Below are positions 50,515-63,000 of a DNA stretch of 64,000 bases, in pieces. Below the pieces are notes generated by a model. It saw nothing but the letters and a program-made list of their open reading frames with translations, ran no database searches and had not been told where the DNA came from. The position numbers and the translations under genes were made by a program. Source of the stretch: Saccostrea cucullata (lineage: Eukaryota); NCBI RefSeq assembly GCF_032062105.1, contig NW_026922157.1, positions 62,001 through 126,000 of the forward strand. The letters run 5' to 3'. How positions within the stretch are numbered: the first letter of the stretch is position 1; every line of letters begins with the position of its first letter.

Positions 50515-53500
50515 ATGAATCAGTGGTTCTTCATTTGTGTAATGTTGACTAGCTCCACTTCCATTAAAATTATCCAATTGTTCACAGCTGAGGACAACGG
50601 AAATCTAAGTCATATGGTTCGGAACAATGACAGCTTGTTTGTTGGAGCCACAAACACACTATATCAATTCGACCTTAATCTAGACTTGGAAATCAAGATA
50701 ATCACTGGACCCCAAAATGACTCAAAGAAATGTGGAATTAACTTAGAGATGTGTTCGTACTTTTCCGAATTGTCACCGATTGACAACCATAATAAAATTT
50801 TGTTGCTTCATTCCGATAGGCTTGTGATATGTGGAAGTTTATTCCAAGGGAAATGTGAAATTAGAAATGTGAAGAACATAAGTGAAATTGTTTTCACTGG
50901 AAGCACTTCAGTGGCTTCCAATGAAGCAGATGTAAACACCATTGCATTTATTGCTCAAGTTCAGAATAGTGATACACAAAGAATGGAACCAATGATTTAT
51001 GTGGCAACTGAATTTACAAGGTTTGACAGGTCTAAGGATTTCATAGAATTTAGACGTAGACGATGGCATCCCCCAGTTATCACCCGACTATTCAATTTTT
51101 CACTTCGTGGAAAAGTTGCTTATGAATATGAATACAAATATGCGAAACCAGATTTAATATCATATGTTAATGGATTTTCTTCAGGAAATTACAGTTATAT
51201 TTTATTCAATGAGAAGGATCCAATTGATGGATCTCACAACACTAAAATTGTTCACATGTGTAGGATTGATGACCTATTGAGAACGTTTTTGGAAATACCA
51301 TTGATTTGCAAATCAAATAGCAAAACATATAAAAGTCTTAAGTCTGCAAAGCTATTCAAACCTGGACTGAGTTTATTGATATCACTGCAGGAACAGTTCC
51401 CTGATCTGACGTCAGAAGATGATGTCATTCTCGGACTTTTCAGTCATAGTTTAGACAGCAGTTCAGCTTTATGTATGTTTAGTATACCAAATGTGGAAAA
51501 AACAGTTCTAAGCAATGTTAAGACGTGTTTAAATGGAAGCACAGTATATGATGATTATAGAAGAAAATATAGAAATGGATTTCGATGCATAAAAATAGAC
51601 ATGGTAAGGATAAATAAAAAAAAAGAATATTGATACGAGTTGAGATACTATTTGATATAAAAATGAAAAATATTATTTTTTTCAAACCACTGTTTACGTT
51701 AAAAATGTTACTACGAGGGTTGATCCAAAATAATGTCACAACTTCGATAAAATTTCTCCTAGTCGACGTAAAATTAACAAATTTCACATGATTGAAGCTA
51801 TATTTATTTTAAATCTGTCCTGAAAAATTCAAATTAAAATGATTTATACTTTTCAAAATATCGAATTAAACACAAAGTGCTATTATGGTAGTCGCCGCAC
51901 CTAAATAACGTCATAAAACGGATATGCGCCGTCACAAACTATTAAAAACGCCTTCCCATCGTTTAAAAAAAAAATTGATATACACAAAACATTCACATTT
52001 TTTAATTTCTTTAAGAGCAATTGGCACCAATTGTACACTTTATCTATAATTTAACCCTTCATCAAAATTCTTTGAACAATACCATAAGACAAACTTAAAA
52101 GTGTCTTATATCACTCAAACTGCCACTAATCTCTTTTACGACAACGTCGACGCCACTGAACGTTTCCACCCGACCTCCTACCTTTCGATATTTTTGTCCC
52201 CAAATGATCATTTGTTTACCTATTACCCGCCCAAAATCTCTGAAACCATCTATGAACAAGTCTCGTTAACATTCTTTTCTCTGCGAGTTTGATTTACCAT
52301 CATAACTGTTTCTACTTGTGATTTCCCGATTTTGAAGGAAAAATACATTACAACTCGTTTCGGTGTTTTTTTTATTCCATTTCAACATTTCCTTTCTGCA
52401 ATACATCAGATATAAACAATACTGTTTATGATGAAAAAAAAACAATGCTGCCATTTAATTTTTAAGTAAAGATTAGAAAATGTCGTAAATTTTGTCTTTT
52501 AAAATATTGGACGATTAGACGATTTTTAGATGCTTTTCTTTATGTGTTTGTCTTTTTTTTCATTCTAACAATATTAACTTAAAAACGTGACGTTTAGTTG
52601 TGACGCAGCGACACCCCCTATGTTTAATGTTTTAAACATCTATAAAATGAATCCAATTGAAGATTATTAAATGAAATTTTCAATTTTAATTAGATTAATG
52701 TTTATGCATCTTTTGGTGCTTTATATTTGATAATATGACGCCAAATATTAAAGATATGGACACAGTGACATTACTTTTGGATCAACCCTCATATCTATAT
52801 TCTTTTGTCTTATCTTAATTAAAAAGCATATAAAGATAATTACTGACATTTGTATTGATCGTTTAGTTCTTACACACTTTTTAACAATCCAATGCTTTTT
52901 GCACGTGTTTCATAATATATTTTTATAATGTTTGCTTTACACTGTAGGCTTTTTTTACTGATGATGAGTTGGTGTGCTCAAATTACCTTCCTTTGCAAAA
53001 AGATTTGAAAACTCCAGAAATTGCTTCCCCAGTCATCGAGTTTCAAGCAGCAGAAAACCATTTTGAAACTTTGGCTATTACTATCACAGGAGACCACACT
53101 GTAGCATTTCTTGGAACCTCTAGTGGACATATCAAAAAGGTAGCATATATTGTACATTGAAAAAAACTACAACGATATTGCAATTATACTCATAAAGTTT
53201 CATTGCTGTCTTCCTTGAAAGACATTATACTTAGTTTAGGTATTTGATAGACTTTATGCTATTTCTGTTAAAGGTTTCATGCGAAAGTATGGAAAAGTAC
53301 TTTAATTATAAGACAGTAGGATTCTAGTAGCACTTTTCATTATCCAGATATTCTTATATGATTATATTAATTTTGTAACTAAAATGTTTAATCCCCGTGA
53401 TATTTTTGAGTAATAAAACCTTATGAAATGAGATGTGATGATAATTAACTAATTCCGAGTTTGGTGAGGGTTGGAGAATTCCTACCGATATAATTTCGAC

Positions 53501-56500
53501 ATCCTGATATCATTTTATAATAATTTTGAAGGGATTGGTATTGTACTTCACCCCTTCCTAACATATATTTGATTGAATAATTATAAGGCAACGCTTAACT
53601 TTTGTAAAGGAAGGATGTTAATGATTTATTATAGTTTGAAAGAGGAGGTTACAGCCTCGCAACCCTCTCCAATCAGAACCCGCCTCTTTAAATTCGAATA
53701 CACGAATCTTGCATGGTTATTGATTCTAACACAACGTGTAAAAATTCTTTTTTTCTACTTACAGTTGTAAATTTCCACGTGCAACTTCGAACACTACTAA
53801 ATTAAATACCCTCTTAGATTCCAAAAAAAAACATCCTTGTTGGTCGTCCCCCTGTCAGTCCCCGACATTTTCCTGTCTCTCCCTGACTTTCTCCTATGAT
53901 TCTCTGTCGTCGTTCCTACCCACTCTGTCCACTCCCTGTCGTCCCCTGTCGTATTCCATGTCTACACTATCTACTCTATGTCGTCCCCTGACATTCTCTG
54001 ATCTCCCTTTCCACTCCCTGTTGCCCCCTATCGTTGTCCGTGCCTAGACTGTCTTCCTCTGTCATCCACGGACATTTATGTTGGCTAAGAAAAGGAGGTT
54101 TAACTAGATCCCTGTTCCAAATTAAGTGTGAAAATGCTATAGTCTTGAAAACTCTAAAGTATTATTTAATATAAACTTAGTAATATGAATTGTAATAAAA
54201 CAAAACGGCAAAGACATGCATCGATTGTTAAGAAGAAATAGCATCCCTATTAACTGCATCTTGTGAAACTAGACGGCATACGAATGTACTTTGTAAACCT
54301 TTTCTCTATATATTTCATTTTTTTTCATTTAATTATTGATCAGCTTTAAATCATCTTTGAGCGTAATAAATGTTTATGTAAAAGAACTAGAATTAATTTT
54401 TTGGGGATTAATTATCAAATATATGCATTGAATATTCATTTTCTAGGGAATTAGATAAAATTACTTAAATGGAAAGAACGACCATATATAAATACATGAA
54501 TAAAATAAATAAGGAAGTAATAAATAAGAATAAATATATAAATTAAATTATTCATTATACCCGCACTTTCTAAAGAAAGTGTATTGCTGTTACTCATGTC
54601 TGTCCTTCCGTCTGTCAACTTTTCTTCTCTAAACTCCTCCTACATTTTACCCAGTAGCCTAATCATCTTTTGGGAGATGGTTGGTGGTGTCAGGTAGATG
54701 TGCAGATTTCGAAATTTTCATTTTGGCCGGAGGGGTCAAATTGGGGTCGAAAAATGACGTTTTTTTTAATGCAAAAAGCCTGTCTTACCTGAACTCTTCC
54801 TACATTTTAGATAGTAGTCTAATCATCTTTTGGGAGATGGTTGATAGTGTCATGCAGATGTGCAGTAAGATTTTGGAAGCTTGATTTTGCCCTGGGGAAT
54901 GAATTGAGGGTCGAAAAATGACGTTTTTTATGCAAAAAAGCCCTATGTTCCCTGAACTCCTCCTACATTTTACACAGTAGCCTAATCATCTTTTGGAAGA
55001 TGGTTTGTGGTGTCATGTAGATGTAAAGTGAAATTCCGGAATTATTATTTTGGCCTGGGGGTGAGGTGTTCAAATTGGGGTCGAAATAAATAACATTTTC
55101 ATGCAAAAAGCCCCGTGTTGTCTGGAATCCTCCTACATATTACACAGTAGTCTAATCACCTTTAGGTAGATGGTTGAAGGTTTCATGTAGATGTGCAGTA
55201 AGGTTTCGGAATTTTGATTTTGTTCCGGGTCAAATGGGGGTTAAAAATGATGTTTTTTATGCAAAAAAGCCCGTCTTTTCTTCACTCCTCATCGTTCACC
55301 GTAGCCTAGTGGTAGAGCGTTCGGTTTGTGATCGGGAGGCTTGGGTTCGATTCTCGTTGGCGGTACCGCGTCAAACCTATGACGTAAAGATAGGTAGTGG
55401 CTGTTTCTTCGCCAAGCGCTCGGCATTGGAAGTGAAAGTCACGGGTCTTTCTAATATGACCTAAAAACGTAGGTCCTGTGTCACGTTAGGAGCTGGCAAG
55501 ATAAAGAACCCTCGCTGCTCAATTGCGCTGATTGCCGAGTATAGTTCTAAATTTAAATCCTTTCACCGGCATAGAGTGACGTGTCCATAGAGTGATGTGT
55601 CCATATGAACTCCTCTAACATATTACACAGTAGCCCAATTACCTTTAGGGATATGGTTGCATGTTGGTGTCATGTAGATGTGCATTAAGTTTTCGGGATT
55701 TTCATTTTGCCCCGGCGGGTCAAGTGGGGGTCGAAAAATTACGTTTTTTTTTATGCAAAAAGCCCCTTCTTCCCTGAATTCTTTCTACATTTTACACAGT
55801 AAAAAAAAGGTGGTTAGTGGTGTCATGTAGATGTGTGTAGTAAGGTTTCGGAATTTTGAATTTGTACCGGGGGTCAAATGGAGGTCGAAAAATGATATTT
55901 TTTTTATGCAAAAAGCCCGTCTTCCCTGTACTCCTCTTATATTTCATACATTGGCCTAATCATCTTTTGGGAGAGTTCAATCTTTTGAAATTTAGGTAAA
56001 ACATCAAGGTCTAGGGAAAAATCGATAGTATGTTGGGAAACATCTTCTTTTGGGTAATATACACGTCAAATTGAAAGTCATATCTATTCTCAATCAAAAG
56101 TTAAACGGAAATACAACATTTTTGATAAGTAAGTTAACCTTCAAGGTCAAGGTCACAAAGTCAAAAGTCATGATTCATTTGGGAAGGTCTTTTCACAGGT
56201 AAAATACATGAATGTATAACATGATAAAATGTCCTTCCTATTCTCTTTCAAGTTAATCAATTTAAAACAATTTATATTTTGTTGAAAGTAGGTCAAACTT
56301 CAAGGTCAAGGCCATGGGTATAAAAAGTCATTGTGTATTTAGAATGGTATTGTCACAGGTAAATACTAATACATATGTTTAATGTGAAAGTCCTGTCCCC
56401 TCTCATTCAGAATATATGACCATAATGACCAAGGTTTTTATTATGACAGACGGACAGACTGACATACAAATGAGATTTAATGTCCCCAACCTTTTGCAAA

Positions 56501-59500
56501 AATGGGGGACAATAAATATCCTTGCTGTTCTTGAGAGGAAGATTTATGATGAAAAAAGTCCCCTGAATATGTCTATGTAAATTGGTTGAAATTGGCCCAT
56601 TGGTCCTAGAGAAAAAGTTGAATTGTGAAAAGTTTGCAGACAAACAGATGGACGATAGACAAATTGTGATTAGGAAACCAAAAACACCAAAAACGTATGA
56701 TTCACAAGTATTTGGAAAGGGTTACAGTTTCTGAAAAGTGTTTTTTTCCCATGCGGTGCATTTGTTTGAAAAGTTCAAATTGTATGACATGTATCCATGT
56801 TGAAAAACCTTTTCATTACAGAAAAAAGTATGATTGAAAATAGTCAAGGTGCTCTGAGTAGCAAAATATCAAAGCTATACTTTTATAGCTAATTCAACCG
56901 CATATAGCTTAGTCAATTTTAATATGCACAACCTTTTTAACATTTATAATAATTATTTTTAAAATATTTATACCATCATGTCTGATTCAAGGGAGAATTG
57001 GAGATATGACCAGAAGTATAGCTGTTGAATATAAAATATAAACATGTATACTGTGTTTTTTAAGTAATTTGTTTGTTGGGAAAACATCTCTTGGGAATTT
57101 TCACTCATAGGGAAAAACCACCACTTTAAAAAAACAAAAACATGATGTGTTTGTGAAACACTGATGCCACTGTATGGCAGCTTTTGCATTGCGAAGGTTG
57201 AAGTTTTTCAAATGTAAGTCAATCTCACAAGGTCAAGGTCAAAGATCAAAATTTTTGGTATCAAAAGAAAAGTCTTGTCACAAGGAATACACATGTGAAA
57301 TAAGAGTGAAATCCCTAATACTTCCTCGCCTGTTCAAAAGTTATATATAAGATTAAAGTGTTTATTTAAAGTGGGTCAAACTCTAGAGTCAAGGTCAAAA
57401 ATATTTATCTGTTGGAAATTCACAATGAATACACTTGTTAAACATGAAAGCCTCAGACCAACTGTTCAAAACTTAGGGCAAAATTAAAGTTTGGTACTTT
57501 TTTTTTTAAAAGTGGGTCAAATTCCAAGGGCAAGAGATCAAGAATTCAAAATCAGAAGTACCCAAATGAAAAGTCTTGTCACAAGGAATTTACTTATGAT
57601 ATGTGGGAGCCATGTGTATAGACCAACTTAGAAGAATCAGACATAATATAAACACGATAAAAAAACAATTAAAATATGGAGAATCAAACGGAAATATTTT
57701 TTACTATTTTGGAGTCACAAAATCATTTATGAGACAGGAAGTGGCTAGGGAGATCAGACCCCCCCCCCCTCTGTAATTTCCAAAGTTATTTAAATAGGAC
57801 CATATACTGAAACAATTAAAAATGACTTTTGACGCACCTCCCCCTTAGAAAACATAAACCCCACCATCATTGTTTTTATTTTGTTTATTTGTTTTTTCTA
57901 TGCTTCTCAGGAAATTCTTGGCTGGATTTTTTGACGTAGGTGTGAACCCCCTCCCCCCTTCCGAAAAAAAAATCTGGATCTGCGTCTGTAACTAAATGTC
58001 ACGACGACAACGGAGAGATAACTTCACAATGTGAAATTTGTCCACTGTGGAAGGCGATTATCTTTGACCCTTTTTTGAACTTTAACCTAATCATTTGCAT
58101 TTCGGTTTATTTTACACTAATCTATACTTAAACTTGTACTTGACGACTGTCATAGGCCCTGTCAACTTCATGAAATATAATCCAATTAAAACACAAGATG
58201 ATTTCAACTGATGCACAAACCAAACTGCACAATCAGCATGTGCTATTCCATTCGGCAAACCTTGACTGATTCCGTCGCCTTCATCAGATGAAGTACGAAT
58301 CGGCCAAGGTGTGCCGAGAGTTGTGCTATCTAAAAATGATAAGGGATGACGCCATACCATTTTGATGTAGAAATTTTCAAAAAGGTGTTAACATGCATTA
58401 ATAGTACAAGAACAAATTTTAATTCATCATAACAAATAATGTTTTAACACAACTTTGCCAGAGAGGCCTATTTCAGAAAATATGTATGTGTGTGAGGGTG
58501 TGTGTGTGAGAGAGAGAGAGGGTGTGTGTGAGGGTGTGTGTGTGGGTGGGTGTGTGGGTTGAGGGTGTGTGTGTGTGAGTGTGTGTGTGTGAATAGTTGG
58601 GGGTGTTAAAAAATTGATTAATATGTTTGATTTTTAAGGTTGTTTTTTTTTTGGCCTGATCAATGCTAAAAAGAGTTTGCACATTTTGATAAATTCTGCA
58701 AAAAACGCTTTGTACTAAAATAAAAAAAAAATATTTGTTATTGAGAAAATAAATTTAAAAAGTTCCAATATTATGAGCAAAACCTTATTTACTTCATTAA
58801 TTAATTTTTTTTATTTCAGACTGGTACTGAATTAAGTACTGTGGATTCCTCAATATACGCGTGGAATTAGTTATATCGAGAATCACAACACGCGAAATAA
58901 AATTACTCGCCCTTATTTTTATGGTGCTGAAATCTATGTTAAATCCCTTTAGTAATTGTTCTTTCGCGAATTATTATTCTCGCGATTTGACGTTAAAGAG
59001 TCCATACGCGATTAAAAGTACTCGCGAAAAATAAGGAATTTACAGTATATGAAATGTATATACGAGGCTCAGTGGTCACCTGAGAATGTTATGCTCGATT
59101 TGACGAACACATGCGTATGTACTGCGTAAATTATAGAATTATTTTGACCTTTTCCTTGGAAAGCCCAATTTGAAGGATTGTGGATTTAGAGGCAAACACC
59201 TTAGTGCGCGTATTTCTGTCTCTTGACAGCATCTAGTTTTATTTAATAATTATATTAATAAAATATATATCCACAAATGAATAAATATAGATAGATAAAT
59301 AAATAGATCAATAAATGATTAAACAAATAAATAAAAAATAGATAAATAAACAAACAAATAAAATGAATTAATTAATAAATGAATATCAATTTATTAATTT
59401 TTGAAATTAAAATACAACAAATAAATCAATAATTCATATCCCCCAAAATTTAATGTTTTTAGTTTTATTTGATATAATCACTTTAATCCTAAAATATGCA

Positions 59501-62500
59501 ACAAAGTATATCAAAAAGACTTTCAATAAATTTACGTCCATGATTGATATCAAAATAAACTTCTCATTGTGCGCACTCTTGATTCATCAATTGCGTTTTT
59601 GATACTTTTATTTTGTTTTGTTTTGATTGAAACAGAATCTGTTTTCAAAACCCTAACACGCTTCTAAAACAACTTCAAGTCATTGAAAGTTTACTAGTGT
59701 CTCAGGGTACACACTCATGACACATATTGTCTTTTTCATTGACCAATATACCTAGTTTATATTGTGGCAGAGCGACTGTATCCTTTCTGCAGCATTTAGA
59801 AATATTTTCTTTTAGTATGAGAACCGATTATTTCAATCAAAACAAAATAAATGTGTCAAAAAATCTTTTGACTGATAAAGATTGTTCATAGTGAATAATG
59901 AGGCGATTATTTTGATATCCATCATGGAAGTATTAATAATGAAAAGAGGCTTTAAAATGCTTCAAAAATACTAAAAAAAAAAAACCAAGCACTTTCTCAA
60001 TCATTTCATGAATTCAACATTTATTCCTCAAACACATTTACAGTCAATGCGTTGAAAAATCCGTAGGTTAACTTAACGAAAGTTCGTACAGAATAAATTA
60101 CCTATTACAAAAACATATGTTAGAAATTATCAGGTTATTTAATGCTTTTTTTGGCAGGTGGTTCTGAAAACCTCTTGCAAAGCAGAGCTGTATGATTCTC
60201 CCATTGTAGTGGACGAGGGTCATACTATAAAGCAGGATATGGTGTTTGATGATTCTCAGATGTATCTTTACGCCATGAGTGACAGAAAAGTAAGAATGGG
60301 TTGCTGATTTACTGTAAGTATTACATTAATTATAACTATGGAAAGGGAATTCGGAAATGGAGAACTTTTCCGAAGGAATTTGTATGCTTTGGGAGCCAAA
60401 AATATTTTATTTTCAATACTTATGCTTTTTTCTATGGAAGGTGTATCTCTACAATTGAATCCCTCCTCAACAAAATGCATTTTACAATAAAGACATTGTA
60501 CTTACACCAATAATATTTATTTTTGAAATTATAAAATATTACTGAACAGTAAACTAATTTCAGGTGGCCAAGATTCCAGTTCAGAATTGTTCCAAATTCA
60601 CAACATGCAGGGTGTGTCTGTTAAGTAATGACCCTTATTGTGGTTGGTGTGTCCTTGGCAACACGTATGTACAAAATATTGGAATAATCTGCTATTTTTG
60701 CAAAAAGTTATATTGCATATAGAACTTTTTCTTTTCTTCCCCTTTCAACTTTTGTTTTTGCTCATAGTAAGATTATCTTTAAAAGCGTGAATTGTCTTAA
60801 TTATTTGTACATGCATGATTATATGCTAAAGATAAACATCTTTTTTCAAATGTATAATTACTATATATTTTCTTGATATCAAAAGTTTCCTTTCTTTCAG
60901 GTGTTCATTAAAAATTGAGTGTTACAATCCTACTCCTATTCGATGGTTGTACGCTAACGCTCCAGAGCAAGAAGACAGATGTATCGAAATCCTTAATGCC
61001 TCCCCACCAATGTTCCATGTCTCACAAAACATCACCGTAAGAACTGACTTCTATATTGAATCTCAAATTTACTGTTTGCATAAAGTATATATGTGTTTTA
61101 TTCTGTTTTGTGTTAACGTATCATTAGATAGTTTTTCCCTATAACTGATGTTTTGTAATTGTATGCTTTTTCACTAGTAAGTTAAGTCGCCCAATGGAAT
61201 CCAGACTCCGCCGGAAGGATCTTATTTTAGACATTAAACGTCCTTTTCATCTGTTTCTCAGTGTTGCTTTTTGAACTGCCGCATAAGAAGTCCATGCTAC
61301 TTTTAATGTGTTTATGTAGATTTTTATATTATGGTACTGATTATTTTTTATCATCACTTTGTTTTTCAATGATTTGTTTCACCTCATAATGATTTCTTCA
61401 AAAAGATTCAACATGGTGCTATGCTTTTATACTGGAAATCATCTTATTTTTTCAATAAGCACATTTTTGTAAAAAGTTGGAAAAAAGAACTTATGAGAGT
61501 ATTTTCTTTTTCCAAAATTAATAATGTACTCATTGTTACTGGTTTGCTTTTTAAGACATTTTTCAATCCTCTTAAAGAGGGAGTAAGTAAATGCTTAAGA
61601 GGAAATTCTCTCTAATTTTTACGACACTTTATAATACTAGTTTGTAATGACCATTTAATGACAGAAACAATTGTCTACATCAAACACGAGAATAATAACT
61701 GCAAACACATTTTAATAGATTAAATTTACTAGCTCTATAAATAAGTTTGTTTTACTTTTTTTTAGTTAAATCTAACAATCAAAGATTTGCCTCGAGATGA
61801 CAATATCTCCTACAACTGTGTGTTTAGCCTTCCTAACGGAGATCAGATATTATCCCCCGCTGTTCAGTGGAGCTTTGGTATTGAGTGTAGAAACCCTAAT
61901 GTTGAAAATCTAACACTGGACTTTTACAGCAGCCTTGGTAAGAACATAATCTAATATATAACACCATAAATATTAGAAATAAAGAACAAATCACCGTTAA
62001 TCCACAAAAATGTCAATGAACAGGTCCCAATTCACCATTTCTTTTTTCGAGATTAAACATATTTACATGTTTTGGTGAATTTAATTATATTGTTAGAGAA
62101 AACTAAATATTGGTACTTACATGTATTTTAATACAAGTAGAATAATCTGTTAATTTCATTTCGGCAGGACATATCAGCATAAGCCTGGGTGTTTTATCTA
62201 TTGAGACAGAACAGTTGATTGTGTCAACACCTTATCTTATCTACAACTGCAGTAGTTTCACAAAGTAAATGAAAAAACAGGAATATTTAAAATTTGAAAA
62301 TGATTATCAAAATCTTAAAAATAGCAAATAATGTTGTTCGTTCAATTTAAGCAAAAGAATAATTAGAGACTTTGACTTTAATTTTTCTCAGTTGTACTAG
62401 ATGTGTGGACAACGTGTATTGGTGCGTCTGGTGTTTAACTGAAAACAAGTGTCAGTACAAGACAGATCAGTGTTCTGGGGAGAAAGTAAAAAGTCGAAAA
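50515..62500 (+). CDS. plexin/MET-like receptor (signal peptide, Sema, PSI, TIG-like, PSI); 5' part only
   Basis: Exons 50515-51603, 52948-53139, 60158-60289, 60564-60664, 60901-61036, 61766-61937, 62168-62264, 62392-(62485 or 62500) with consistent phases. Motifs: LFVGATNTLYQF, TGPQNDSKKC, DNHNKILL, LVICGSLFQGKCEIR, EIPLIC, SALCMF, VAFLGTSSGHIKKV, PSI CSKFTTCRVCLLSNDPYCGWCV, and second PSI CTRCVDNVYWCVWC. Confidence 0.92.
51714..52791. mobile_element. Tc1/mariner-type non-autonomous transposon in receptor intron
   Basis: TIR CGAGGGTTGATCCAAAA(G)TAATGTCAC / GTGACATTACTTTTGGATCAACCCTC with TA flanks. Orphan ends of the same family lie at ~22230-22335 and ~26975-27042. Confidence 0.85.
53840..54070. 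repeat. pyrimidine-rich degenerate ~10-11 bp repeat (CCCCTGTCGT-like)
   Basis: Reiterated GTCCCCTGTC/CACTCCCTGT units. Confidence 0.7.
54550..55975 (+). mobile_element. Helentron/HINE-like element with tandem ~165-175 bp satellite units
   Basis: It starts ATTATACCCGC...TGTCTGTCCTTCCGTCTGTC, then has about 6 units of CTCCTCCTACATTTTACACAGTAGCCTAATCATCTTTTGGGAGATGG...ATGCAAAAAGCCC. Confidence 0.8.
55291..55608 (+). mobile_element. tRNA-derived SINE with Meta-like plus Deu/Nin-like domains, inserted into the satellite array
   Basis: A box TAGCCTAGTGG, B box GGTTCGATTCTC, GGTAGTGGCTGTTTCTTCGCCAAGCGCTCGGCATT and GGTCCTGTGTCAC...GATAAAGAACCC. 7-bp TSD ACTCCTC at 55284-55290 and 55609-55615. Confidence 0.85.
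55980..57600. repeat. cluster of AAGGTCAAGGTCA-type satellite/HINE fragments
   Basis: Units at 55980-56515 (ending TGTCCCCAAC...GGGGACAAT) and 57135-57600. Confidence 0.6.
58485..58591. repeat. compound (GT)n/(GA)n microsatellite
   Basis: Directly visible. Confidence 0.95.
58838..59047. mobile_element. TA-flanked CTGT...ACAG MITE; related copy at ~12888-13062, similar type at ~36499-36710
   Basis: TACTGTGGATTCCT ... AGGAATTTACAGTA termini. Internal GATTTGACGTT.AAGAG is shared with 13000-13050. Confidence 0.75.
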
Positions 62501-62509
62501 GCAAGTATT

Positions 62510-63000
62510 AATTTTACTAATATACGTTCATCACATGCATACGGAGTTTATATATATATGTATATCAGTTGATTTGATACGCAAGAGCAAGCTCTACGTT
62601 TAAACAATTTCTGAAAAGATATAAATTATGACATCCAAATTGATAAAACATGAATATAAGCAGTCTCGTTAAAGTCATCAATTTGTAAGTTATATTGTCG
62701 ACCTTGTCAGCAAATCGATTCATCATTGAGTCAAATGCTGACTTACATTTTTCATACTAATTGTTACTCCAATTGCTACTCCATAATTTATACACTGAAT
62801 TGACGACAGATTTTCCGTTAATTCCCGATCATGACGAGGAGCGCACAGCGGTGTGGCCGCTCAGCAGGGGATGCTCACTCCTCCATGGCACTTATCCTAC
62901 CTCCGATGTTTTGGAAGTCCGTGTTTGCTCTGCTCCTATTTTGTATTGTTTAATGGACTTTTAGTCTTGAATACTGTTCGTTATCTCAATATGTTTCATC
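62510..63000 (+). mobile_element. Penelope-like element 3' end (RT thumb + 3' UTR) in receptor intron
   Basis: Decayed AYGVYI..QLI*YARASSTFKQFLKR...KLIKHEYKQSR.KSS, followed by TTCCCGATCATGACGAGGAG...CAGCAGGGGATGCTCACTCCTCCATGG. Confidence 0.8.

Noticed and set aside
58262-58305. Hairpin GATTCCGT-CGCCTTCATC-A-GATGAAG-TACGAATC as a ribozyme or terminator
   Set aside because: No catalytic core motif and no supporting context; the overlapping 82-aa ORF has no recognisable domain.
58473-58682. His/Thr-rich ORF
   Set aside because: It is a translation of the (GT)n microsatellite.
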